Positions 25,138 to 36,344 of a DNA stretch of 64,000 nt are shown here, piece by piece. The position numbers and the translations under genes were made by a program. Source of the DNA: Octopus vulgaris (Eukaryota); the NCBI GenBank assembly GCA_951406725.2, contig OX597832.1, forward strand, positions 7,192,001-7,256,000, given 5' to 3'. Position 1 is the first letter of the stretch; every line of letters starts with the position of its first letter. Under the pieces are notes generated by a model. The model saw only the letters and a program-made list of their open reading frames with translations. It was not told where the DNA came from and searched no databases.

Positions 25138-25369
25138 TATATTTAATCCAGTCTAATTGGCTGTTTTTAGTGGAGGCACATAGCCTAGTGGTTAGAGAAG
25201 CGGACTCGCGGTCAGGTATCACGGGTTCGAATGTGTGTGTTTATGAGCAAAACATCGAAGCTCTACGCGTCTCAGGCAGAAGGTAATGGCGAACTTCTAC
25301 TGACTTCTACTTTCTCTTACTCACTCACTCACTCATCTAGTAGCTCACCTGAGACAGATTGACCTTTAT

Positions 25370-25720
25370 GAGTGTGTGTGTATATATGTGTGTGTGCGTG
25401 TGTCTGTATGTAGGTATGTGCATGTGTGTATGTGCGTGCGTGTGTATATGTGTGTGAACGTGGAGATATCTGTCGAGTTATGTGTGCGTTTTGCTGCGTG
25501 TATGCGCGTGTGCTTGAGTATGTATGTGTATGTGGTTGTGTGTACGTTTGTGTGTGTATGTATGTATAGGTATGTGTGTCAATGTGCGTGGGGTTGTGTG
25601 TGTGTATATATGTGCATATATGTCTGTTGTATGTGTATGGTGTGTATGGGAGGTATATGTGCGTTCATGTGTGCACGGGTGCGTGTGTGTGGATATGTAC
25701 GTATGTGTGCGTGTATATAG
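25370..25720. repeat. Degenerate (TG/TA/CG)n low-complexity tract
   Basis: Alternating purine-pyrimidine sequence. Confidence 0.9.
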
Positions 25721-25849
25721 AAATAAAAATTATAATAAATTATAAAAAATAAGGTTGAAAGGGGATAAAGAAGAAATTAATGCAATATAAAATGGTGTAA
25801 TTAAAAATAAAAAATGAAAAATGAAATAAGGTTGCTTTGTTGCAGGAGG

Positions 25850-26865
25850 TGTAGAGGCAGTCAATAGGAGGAGGGGGTTGTGTTTAATCCGAAGGGGATA
25901 GTTGTTCGTAGATTAAAAATATAACGCTGTTCCAGGAGGAGTTGCGAGTGTGTGTGGATCCGTGGTGTAGAGCGAGGCCAAAGACGGAGACTTTAGAGGG
26001 GGTTTAGTTGACCAAGCGGAAGTGACGGGCGATGGGGGTGTTCGTACGTAGCCGAATATCCCTTAGATGTTCGGTGAACCGGTCGGCCAGTCGGCGGCCC
26101 ATCTGACCTACGTATAGTTTACTACAGAGGTTGCATCTAATACAGTATATGAGGCAAGAAAAGGTGCAAGAGAAGGAATTTGTTATGCGAAGAATGTGCT
26201 GATTGGAATCAGTGAGAGACGTAGTGTTTGTGATGAAGGGGCAGGTGTGGCAGCGGGATCTGGAGAACAGGAAGGATCCGGGTGAGGCTGGGGGAAGAGG
26301 AGAAGGTGCTATGGACCAGAAGATCGCGTAGGTTCCGGGCGTCTTTAAAGGAGGACAAGGGTGGATTGGGGAAAAGGGGTGGGTGGTGTAATCGAGCTAG
26401 AGACGACGGAAGGCCCATAGGATCCTCCGACGAAGGGGTAGGGTGGAGGGATAGAAAAGGAGAGGAAAGGGGGTGCGGTTAGGGGGTTGATGTGGGGAAG
26501 GAGAAAGGGCAGTGGTGCGGTCGATTCAACGAGCGCGGGCAAGGGCGGTTTGGACAAGGGTTGAGGGGTATCCTCGATGCCTAAACAGGCGGGCAAGATA
26601 CTGGGACTGGGTCTCAATCCTGGTCCCGGCTGCACAAACGTCGGAAGCGGATGAACTGGGAATAGGGGATAGACCGTTTGGTGTGGAAGGGATGGGAGGA
26701 GGAGAAGTTGAGGTAGAGGTGGGAATTTGTGGGTTTGAAGAAGGTGGATGTGGTAACAGAATGGGAGGGGTGGTTAATGGTAAGAGAGATGTCAATGGAG
26801 TTTACCTGAGGTGTTAGAGATAGTTGATGTGAATTGGAGCGAATTTGTGTAAATGTGCATAGAAT
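25850..26865 (-). mobile_element. Penelope-like retroelement (RT C-terminus + GIY-YIG endonuclease), frameshifted
   Basis: FFKPTNSHLYLNFSSSHPFHTKRSIP/YSQFIRFRRLCS, LFRHRGYPSTLV, CHTCPFI and LIYCIRCNLCSKLYVGQMGRRLADRFTEHLRDIR..PIARHF. Confidence 0.92.
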
Positions 26866-26891
26866 AATATATCAGTTGAATAAAGTTAAAA

Positions 26892-27081
26892 CATGGCCTG
26901 GTTTTCACATTTTTCATTATTGTATTAAAAAATTTCTTTTATAATGTTGAAGTGTGTTAAACGTAAGCGCTAATTGAACTTTATGAGCGTTACAAAATAT
27001 TTTTTTAAATGTTTAACACACTCCAACATTGTAAATTAAAAAAAAAAATACGATAATAAAAAACGTGAAAACCAGACCACG
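26892..27081. repeat. Imperfect inverted repeat, probable MITE
   Basis: CATGGCCTGGTTTTCACATTTTTCATTATTGTATT...TGTTGAAGTGTGTTAAAC pairs with GTTTAACACACTCCAACA...AATACGATAATAAAAAACGTGAAAACCAGACCACG. Confidence 0.8.
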
Positions 27082-27558
27082 CTGGTTTGTTGGTTTGTAA
27101 ATTAGTGGTTCGGCAAAACGAGGCCGATAGAATATTTACCAGGCTTTCGACTAAGAGTAGTGCAAGTTGGTGTACCAGCATGGCCGTAGTAGAATGACTG
27201 AAACAGATAAAAGATACATAGGCGGCAAGCTGGCAGAAACGTTAGCACGCCGGGCGAAATGCGTTACGTTCCGAGTTCAAATTCCGCCGAGGTCGACTTT
27301 GCCTTTCATCCTTTCGGGGTCGATTAAATAAGTACCAGTTACGCTCTGAGGCCAATATAATCGACTTAATCCCTTTGTCTGTCCTTGTTTGTCCTCTCTG
27401 TATTTAGCCCCTTGTGGGTTGTAAAGAAATAGATACATAGGGTTTTCTCTGTTTGGCTGCAGCTGTGGAAATTTCAAAGTTTATTGAAAATTTTAGAATT
27501 TGGTGGATTAATGTGGTTTTTCAAATCGAATCTTGAAAACTGGCAGTCAAACAGAAAA

Positions 27559-28349
27559 GGGTACATTTTGGTTATCTCACCCCCATTAAAAAATTGGGTT
27601 ATCTCACCCCGTTTAGCGAGCAATGTTGGTACTTTTGGTTGTCTCCTTCAACTAAAAAAAGTTGGTTAACCCTCAATAAAGCAAAAAAAAAAAAAAAAAG
27701 AAAAGAAAAATTAATAAACATAAAAAGTGAAGAGATAAAACATTGTTTTGAATCTCTTTACTCTCTTTTACTTGTTTTAGCCATTTGACTGTGGTCATGC
27801 TGGAGCACCGCCTGTAGTCGAGCAAATCGATCCCAGGACTTATTCTTTGTAAGCCTAGTACTTATTCTATCGGTGCTCTTTTGCCGAGCCACTAAGCGAT
27901 GTCAAGCGATGCTGGTGGTGGTGGGGGGACAAACACAGACACACAGATACACACACACACGCGCGCACACACACACATATATATACGACGGGCTTCTTTC
28001 AGTTTCCGTCTACCAAATCCACTCACAAGGCTTTGGTTGGCCCGAGGCTATACATGAAGACATTTGCCCAAGGTGCCACACAGTGGGACTGAACCTGGAA
28101 TCATGCGGTTGGTAAGCAAGCTACTTACCACACAGCCACTCTTGTGCCTCTGATAATATTTTTCTAACAAATCATACCATGCCTATTGAAGAGGCCAAGC
28201 GTCAACAATGTGTTGAAGTATTGAATCAAAAGGATTGAACTCTTTTAATTCAATCTCTTTTCGCCACGTTAACTCGATTTTTTTAGTGGGGAGATAACCC
28301 AATTTTTAATGGCATTTTTTTAATGGAGGTGAGGTTACCAAAAGTACCC
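27559..28349. mobile_element. MITE with GGG termini and 6-bp TSD, interrupted by a SINE
   Basis: GGGTACATTTTGGTTATCTCACCCCCATTAAAAAA / TTTTTTAATGGAGGTGAGGTTACCAAAAGTACCC. AGAAAA at 27553-27558 and 28350-28355. SINE nested at about 27760-28148. Confidence 0.85.
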
Positions 28350-28361
28350 AGAAAAGATCTG

Positions 28362-28427
<66 letters not shown>

Positions 28428-28517
28428 AGAGTTTACGAAAAAAAAAACAAAAGACGAAGACAGGTGGTGTACAAAACAAGCAGATGTATTAGTATAACGC
28501 TCAGGAATAGAAAAAGT

Positions 28518-28553
28518 CATTTACGTTTCGAGCCTACGCTCTTCGACAGAAAG
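28518..28553 (-). ncRNA. Minimal hammerhead-like motif with variant core
   Basis: Minus strand CUUU CUGUCGA A GAGC GUAG GCUC GAAAC GUA AAUG. Perfect stem II, ACGU stem III palindrome, but A6 replaced by U. Confidence 0.5.
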
Positions 28554-28636
28554 GGACACAGAAAAAACAAGGAGAGAAAAAAGAGGAGAGAAAAAAAAGG
28601 AGAGAAAAAAGCATATATATATATATTTTTGTTTTT

Positions 28637-29015
28637 CTTTTACTTGTTTCAGTCATTTGACTGCGGCCATGCTGGAGCACCGCCTTTAGTCGAGCAAACC
28701 GACCCCGGGACTTATTCTTTGTAAGCCCAGTACTTATTCTATCGGTCTCTTTTGCCGAACCGCTAAGTGACGGGGACGTAAACACACCAGCATCGGTCGT
28801 CAAGCAATGCTAGGGGGACAAACACAGACACACACACACACATATATATATATACATATATACGACAGGCTTCTTTCAGTTTCCGTCTACCAAATCCACT
28901 CACAAGGCATTGGTCGGCCCGGGGCTATAGCAGAAGACACTTGCCCAAGATGCCACGCAGTGGGACTGAACCCAGAACCATGTGGTTGGTTAGCAAGCTA
29001 CTTACCACACAGCCA
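28637..29015 (-). mobile_element. SINE family A copy
   Basis: Reverse complement near-identical to 58452-58851. Confidence 0.9.
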
Positions 29016-29064
29016 CAAGGCACTTAAAAGCACATATTGACTGTTGACCACTTAAATATTTAAC

Positions 29065-29142
<78 letters not shown>

Positions 29143-29535
29143 TATATATGCGTAGGCGTGAATGTGTGGTGAGAAGTTTGCTTCCCAACCACATGGTTTC
29201 AGGTTCATTATTTGGTGACAATAGTTTTCTCACACCAACTGCCGTCTGATCACTGACGCCGGTTTCATTTTGTTTGGTTCGTGACGAGGATGTTGAATGG
29301 TATATAAATAGGTTCTCTGGTTATAAATTGTTTATTTTCCTATATAGGTCAGTTAATGTGGTGTTTGTATTTCACTTATCTTCCTTCTTACTCTATACTC
29401 TTAATTAAATGATAAATGCCCCCTACGAAGTGAAGCTGTCCAACAGAAAACCGCGGCAGACGTGACAGTAGTAGCAACAGTGAAGCAGTGATAGTGGTGG
29501 TTGTTGTATCAATGATAGTAGTAGTAGTATATATA

Positions 29536-29575
<40 letters not shown>

Positions 29576-29650
29576 ATAATAATCTCCTTTTTCGAGATCA
29601 GTGACTTTTTGCCATTGGAAAAAATATATATTTGCATTGGAGATATCACT

Positions 29651-29742
29651 TCTCATCCCTGGTCGATGATTGTCACGCGCTGATGACGGGTTACTATCTG
29701 GAAACCCGGGTCCGTGAGTATCATGTCAGGCTAGGGATGGGA
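29651..29742 (+). ncRNA. Type I hammerhead ribozyme, Penelope-LTR type
   Basis: CUGAUGA 29680-29686, stem II CGGGU/AUCUG with UACU loop, GAAA 29701-29704, palindromic stem III ACCCGGGU, GUC cleavage triplet 29710-29712, stem I UCACG/CGUGA extended by AUGAU/AUCAU and a 14-bp basal helix. Confidence 0.82.
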
Positions 29743-30191
29743 ACGATGATTTCCCATTGCAAATACTGATAGGGCACAGACAGATTGTCATTAGCCAGCT
29801 GGAGGAGATGTCTTCCTGGGGCTATAAACTACAGTAGTATCGTCCCATATGGGTCAGCCATAATTAGGTGGCAAATATACTTCACGATATATACAAATAT
29901 ATATCTCTATTTTTTTTTTGTATGAAAGGCCAGCGATAGACAATGCATGTACGTCTACACAACCAACAACCAAAGTAAGAGAAAAGTAAGGGTGGGTACA
30001 ATTTGATATAAGTATCGCTGAAGGCGTTACCTTCAGAAGGAAAAGAGCCAGAACAGATACAATAAGGACGCTTCAAAATTCTGCTAGTCTGCCAACCCTT
30101 GTTCCTAATTTATTTAACAACCCCAAAACGATGAAATGTAAAGTTGACTTTTCGAGATCTGAAGTTAGTTTGTAGACAGCCGGAACAAATA

Positions 30192-31484
30192 CGAGGGTCG
30201 TTCAATAAGTAATGCCTCTGACCCACTTTCCATAGCAGTAGAGCAACGAAACTTGGCACAGTTATTAGTCTTTTTCTACATAGGAACCACCCAGAGTTAC
30301 GCATTTCTCCCATCGTTTGATGCAGCTCTGGAGACCGTTTTTGTAGAAGACCCCAGCTTGTTCCTCCAACTATGACGTGACTTCAGAAATCAAGGCTGCA
30401 TCATCTGGGAAACGCTTTCCTTTCAAAAACAACTTCATGGCTGGGAAGAGGTGAAAATCAGAGGGTGCAAGGTCAGGAGAGTAGGCGAAATGGGGTAGGA
30501 GTTCATAGCCGCACGGCTGTGCTTCTGATCTGGTGACAAGCGAGTTGTGGACAGGAGCGTTGTCCTGCAGGAGGAGGATGCCTTTGCTGATCTTGACCCG
30601 CCTCTTGATTTTGATAGCATCTCTTAATTTACTCAAAAGGGAAGCATAATAGGCTCCTGCAATTGTAGTACCCTTTGCCAGGAAATCTGTCATCACTACT
30701 CCGTCCTGGTCCCAGAAGACTGTGAGCATGACCTTGCCAGCGGAGGGCTGCACCCTTGCCTTCTTTGGAGGAGGTGAGTCACGGTGCTTCCACTGCATTG
30801 ACTGGGCTTTGGTCTCTGGATCGTAGTGATGGACCCAGGTTTTACCCTGTGTAATCAGTCTTTTGAAAAATTTTGACTCATCTTCTTGGCACATCTCCAA
30901 ATTCATCCTCGAGCACTCGACGCGTTCTTGCTTCTGGAAAAGCGTGAGCAACCTGGGAATCCATCTGGCAGACACGTTTTGCATATGCAAATGGTCATGA
31001 ATGATAGTTTCCACAAACCCGGTACTAATCTTGACCTCATGGGCTATTTGGCGAATAGCTATGCGTCGATCTTCCAAAATGGCAGCCTCAACTTGACGGA
31101 CAGATGCCTCATCAATGACAGAAGGGGGGCGACCAGATCTGGGAGCTGTTTCCACAGAGTTCCGACCATGTTTGAATTCATGATGCCAGCGTTTTACAAG
31201 GTCATATAATGGGGCATCATCACCATAAGTTACTTTCATTTCATCGAAAGTCTCCCGTGGTGTGCGTCCTTTAAAATACAAAAACCGGATCACTGCTCGA
31301 CACTCAACAGGCTCCATTTCACACTTGACTCAGTTCAAACACCTGTAAATTAGAAACCACAATTAGTTCAGAGCTGTAATTTGCCACTTAATCTATAGAG
31401 ATATAAATAATTGCACATGCAAAATTTCAGCTAGATCAAACAACTGTAAGTGGGTCAGGGGCATTACTTATTGGACGTCCCTCG
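30192..31484 (-). mobile_element. Full-length mariner (DD34D) DNA transposon
   Basis: TA|CGAGGGTCGTTCAATAAGTAATGCC ... GGCATTACTTATTGGACGTCCCTCG|TA, 1293 bp, TA target duplication. Confidence 0.95.
30265..31317 (-). pseudogene. Mariner transposase with a premature stop and a mutated first catalytic Asp
   Basis: Motifs WIPRLL, TQGKTW (normally TxDETW), QDNA and YSPDLAPSDFHLF. TAG at 30370-30372 is followed in frame by LEEQAGVFYKNGLQSCIKRWEKCVTLGGSYVEKD*. Confidence 0.92.
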
Positions 31485-31589
31485 TATCTTCAAAGCTTTC
31501 TTTCTGACATATTAAGTGATGTAGCTGTGAAATCGCTGATTAATTGCCATTAATTCCTGACTATTAACTTAATTCTTAAGTAAAATCTG

Positions 31590-32090
31590 CATGACACAGT
31601 GACAAGCTGGATGAGTTCAGTTTACTCGTCCGCCTCGCTCGGTTATTTGCAAGGCTCTCCTTGGATTCCGTACTCATATCGAGCGTTTACATGTCCTTCA
31701 TGCACACGTTCATGTAGTGCTGCCAAGTACGTTTAATAAGTCTCTTCCCAGATGCTATTTCTCCATTGTGGATTTATCCTTTAGAATGTAACTATCCTTC
31801 TTGTAGTGGACGTAGCCCTGCCAATGCAGTCTTCGTTCCCGAGCTGAGTGTAGATACTGGGAAGTCTAGCACGGGACAGGACACTCTTTAATATGCAGTG
31901 TATATTGCTTAAGTGGAAGGTGTTCAGTTTTCTCTCCTGTCTGGCATATGTAGTCTATACCCTACTGCTGTAAAGTAGTGTGCCTATGACACACGCATTG
32001 TTGATTGCCATCTTTGCTTTAAGAGTTAGCTTGGGATTTGGTCACACTCACCATAGAAGACAAGCGGCCATCTCTATCCTCTTGTCACTC
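31590..32090 (-). mobile_element. Old RTE-like LINE fragment, different family
   Basis: Reverse strand has degenerate RRLHWQGYV, GEIASGKR and NVCMKDM-like segments. Confidence 0.6.
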
Positions 32091-32166
32091 ACCAAGGTTT
32101 TCAGTGATAATAGTGACGAATTACTATGACCGATAGTGTTTCTATATCTCTACCCAAGGCACATAA

Positions 32167-32487
32167 AGGCGCGTGGCTTAGCGGTTACAGTATTTGGCTC
32201 TCGATCGTAAGGTCATGAGTTCGATTGCCGGCGACATGTTGTCTCCTTGAGCAGGACGCTTTATTTCATGTTGCTCCAATCTACTCTACTGGCAAAAGTT
32301 AGTGATATATATAATTCAAAGGGTCAGCCTTGTCATATTCTGTGTCACGCTGAATATCCCTGAGAACTAAGTTAAAGGTAGGCATATCTGTGGAGTACTC
32401 AATCACTTGCATGTTAATTTTACGAGCAGGCTGTTCCGTCGATTGAATCAACTGGAACCTACGTCATCGTCGTAACCGACGGAGTGT
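32167..32487 (+). mobile_element. tRNA-derived SINE, family D
   Basis: GGCGCGTGGCTTAGCGGTT A box, GAGTTCGATT B box, CCTTGAGCAGGAC. Related copy at about 62720-62975. Confidence 0.8.
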
Positions 32488-32489
32488 CA

Positions 32490-33950
32490 AGAATGCTCGT
32501 TTTCTTCAGACTTATAGTCAACCCGAAATCTTTGCAAGCCTGAAAGAGGCGGTCAATCTGTGACTGAAGCTACCCGATCAATGCAGTACATAGTTTTGTC
32601 TTGGCTCTGAGGTTAGATTGACAGAAAAGCTTGCAAAGAGGATCACCGTTGTTAAGTAACCGGAAGCATGTCTCAACAGCTCTTACAACCTAAAAAAGTT
32701 AATGCCACTTTCAACAGAGAACCAGAAATGGCTCAGACGAAAGCAGCATTAATTTTTTTTAGGTCGTTCAATTCTCCTCAACTTATCAATAGACCTGTAG
32801 TGGATCTTGCATGCATGAAGTGGATTCGATGCATCATAGCCAAATTTAAATTAACACTGCAACAGAACTTTTCCCACGGTTGAACAATAGTTTTTCTCTG
32901 ACAGCAGTTTTACATTTTACATCTTCACCACTTGACCCTTTCTAACCTCTTCTACTTCACCAAATGCTAGAATAGAGATAACAAGACCACCAACTAAATC
33001 TATTGTTCTCAATGATATATCTGTCCTTCTGGATAGTTATAAAAGCAAGCACACCCCAAGCAAAAATCAGTTAGTCACAGTCGGTGACGACTCAACGAGT
33101 TCAGTCACATGGTGACGACTCAATGACAACGAAGTCTGGCTGACCAGCTAGAACCTTGGTCAGAGGGAGAAATGAAGTTTACTGTCAGCAACTGTGAGAC
33201 AACATCCCACACCCTACAACTCTCACTAGCTCTAAATCTGTTCTCTTACATCATTCTATCTCTCTCCGCAATTTCTACTAAGTAATGCAGAGAACACAAA
33301 CCTTACTTCGCATGCTTTTGGATTTACCATAACCTGCCCGCCGAGGCAAGGTATTGTAATATAATGGTAAATAAATATTACCTTAAAAACTTTATGCATT
33401 GTTCATCTTTATAACAACAAATTTTTATCGTTACAACTGGTGACTCCGACATTTCTTCATAATATTGTGTGCTTAATTAATTTTACCCGTTACATTTGGC
33501 GACCCTCGACTTCAACTAAAAACTTTATCGTTACAACTACTGACTCCGGCAATTCATAATATCGTTTACAAATCAATTTCTTCCGCTACAAGTGGTTACC
33601 CCGAACAAGAGCATTGCTGCCTTCCCAAGAACCAACCCTTACAGACCGACTGAGTAAGTCTATCAGTAACGACTACTGGAAGAAGCTGTCAGCCAAAATT
33701 GCTCTTTTAAAGGAAAAATATGTAATGGACCATTATTTGTAACTTGTCTTATGGATCAGTCTGTGTAAAAACCAGTTTGTCTGGAGCCCATCTTCGGATT
33801 TACAATACAGAATTGTGATGAACCATAACCTTTGGGCCTTGCTATATGAATGCTTGGAGTTCTTCACTAATCTAATCAATATTGTTAGCCTGGTGAGCCA
33901 ACAGAGAGCTTATGAAGTATTTTGCCCAAGATTGATAACCCTTCACTATT
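32490..33950 (+). mobile_element. LTR retrotransposon fragment (LTR, PBS region, leader)
   Basis: TATAAAAG at 33038-33045 with TCAGTT initiator (A at 33069, 31 nt downstream). AATAAA near 33370. ...GTTACA LTR end followed after 2 nt by TGGTGACTCCGAC, similar to a tRNA-Trp PBS. Outer boundaries uncertain. Confidence 0.65.
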
Positions 33951-34531
33951 ATAATATATAAGTATATGTGTGTATGTGTGTGGGTTTGTACCCGCACCCC
34001 CATCGCTTGGCATTGACAATCGCTGCTGGCATGTTTATGTGCCTGTAACTTAGCCGTTCGGCAAAAGGACCGATAGAATAAGCACTAGGCTTACAAAGAA
34101 TAAGTTCTAGGGCTTATTTCTTCGACTAAAATCCTTTAAGGCGGTGCTCCAGCATGGCTGCAGTCAAATGACTGAAACAAGTAAAAATAAAAAAAATAAA
34201 AACGTATATGTATGCCTGTGTGTGTATGCCTGTATGTATATGCATATATATTCTTTTATTTGCTTCAGTCATTTTGACAGTGGCTATGCTGGAGCACCGC
34301 TTTTAATCGAAGAAATCGATCCCTGGACTTATTTTTTGTAAACCTAGTACTTATTCTATCAGTCTCTTATGCCTAACTGCTAAATTACGGGGACGTAAAC
34401 GCACCAACATCGGTTGTCAAGTGATAGTGGGAGGATTAGATCGGAGCCTGGTGCAGCCATCTGGTTCGCCAGTCCTCAGTCAAATCGTCCAACCCATGCT
34501 AGCATGGAAAGCGGACGTTAAACGATGATGA

Positions 34532-34588
<57 letters not shown>

Positions 34589-34845
34589 TCTATCTACCTA
34601 TCTATATATTCTTTTCTACTCTAGGCACAAGGCCCCAAATTTTTGGAGAAGTGGCCAGTCGATTAGATCAACCCCAAAATGCAAGTGGTACTTAATTCAT
34701 CGACCCCGTAATGATAAAAGGCAAAGTCGACCTCGACAGAATTTGAACTCAGAACGTAAAGACATGAAATACGGCTAAGTATTTTGCCCGGCGTGCTATT
34801 GTTACTGCCAGTCGCCGCCTTATACACAAAATATTTATATATATA

Positions 34846-34884
<39 letters not shown>

Positions 34885-35145
34885 TCTTTACAACCCAAAA
34901 GGAGCGAAACACAGAGGGGGCAAACAAGGACAGACAAACGGATTAAGTCGATTATATCGACCCCAGTGCGTAACTGGTACTTAATTTATCGACCCCGAAA
35001 GGATGAAAGGCAAAGTCGACCTCGGCGGAATTTGAACTCGGAACGTAACGGCAGACGAAATACGGCGACGCATTTCGCCGGGCGTGCTAACGTTTCTGCC
35101 AGCTCGCCGCCTTATTTATCTATATATTATACACAAAATATTTAA

Positions 35146-35196
<51 letters not shown>

Positions 35197-35649
35197 TAAT
35201 GCATAATATATATATATATATATTATGTGTATACACGTATATGTAAATGCATAATATATATATGTGTGTGTGTGTGTGTGTGTTTACACACGCAATATTC
35301 AACAGTTCGATAGATATTAAAGAATGCGAGAATAAGTAAGTTAAACTTACATAAAAAAATGAATAAATAAATAAATAAAAATCAACGATAACGTGTTTTC
35401 AGGAATAGAAGAACGATAGTAACCGTATTCTAATTCTAACGTATTGCTAATTTCCGAATACGAATAGTATTCTTTCTTTCGTCAAGTGCGGGACTACAAT
35501 GGCTAGGCTTCTAGTCAGTCTATGTGTAGTTACCGGTCTCTAACGTCGGAAAAAGGCACTGTTTTGGCTAGTTTCTTTCATATATTCATCACTATCATCA
35601 CCATATATATCCTCTGCCTTCTTTCAGACATACATACATATATAACGTC

Positions 35650-36070
35650 ATGTTCCTTGATAGATTCTTACTCCGATTGTTCCACTATTTGCTGTCGTTC
35701 GTCTCCTGTATCTACGACTGGTGGTTGAAAATACTACAGCTGCGCTTTATTGTATTCGCTGGTAACAGTGGATTTAGTAATTTCCACGGCTTTCTCTATT
35801 TCGTCAAGCACATCTTTAGCTGCTTTAGGGACAGAAGAAAGTCGTCAACAATAACATCAAGAACGTTGAATAATACCACAACCTCCACGACGGCTGCTAC
35901 ACCTTTGCAATTGAATCGCATCCGATGTGATAGTAAAGAACTGAAGAAATTGCCAACCAGTCTCGGCTTGGCCCTTAACGAGAGAGACGTGTCTTCTTTA
36001 GACATATGTAACATTGTTCTATGGTCATTGGTTATGGGAATTCCTTACATCAGCATTTATGACATCAAAG
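35650..36070 (+). CDS. NUS1: NUS1 / Nogo-B receptor (cis-prenyltransferase complex subunit), first coding exon
   Basis: ATG 35650, hydrophobic N-terminus, then [48 protein letters not shown], resembling NUS1 DGRSLEKLPVHMGLVI...[24 protein letters not shown]. Donor AAAG|gtgggt at 36070/36071. Downstream exons not recognised in the window. Confidence 0.9.
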
Positions 36071-36163
36071 GTGGGTTCTAACTATATTTTTTCTCTCTCG
36101 ATGTTCAATTGGATATATACCTACTTATTTTTCTATGTTTATCATCTATCTATCTACCCCCCC

Positions 36164-36164
<1 letters not shown>

Positions 36165-36237
<73 letters not shown>

Positions 36238-36283
36238 GTCTGTCTATATATCTATCTGTCTGTCTATATATCTATCTATCTGT

Positions 36284-36344
<61 letters not shown>
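36165..36344. repeat. (TCTA)n microsatellite
   Basis: Direct reading; it explains the LSIY-repeat ORFs. Confidence 0.97.

Noticed and set aside
25170-25235. tRNA gene candidate
   Set aside because: A and B boxes are present but the acceptor stem does not close and the sequence continues into a SINE body; same for 32167 and 50250.
33421-33605. CRISPR-like repeat-spacer appearance
   Set aside because: Eukaryotic context, no cas genes, degenerate repeats, and spacers related to one another. Better explained as LTR-end/PBS duplications.
35522-35728. Overlapping upstream ORF on NUS1
   Set aside because: Its ATG may lie upstream of the transcription start; no evidence it is in the mRNA.
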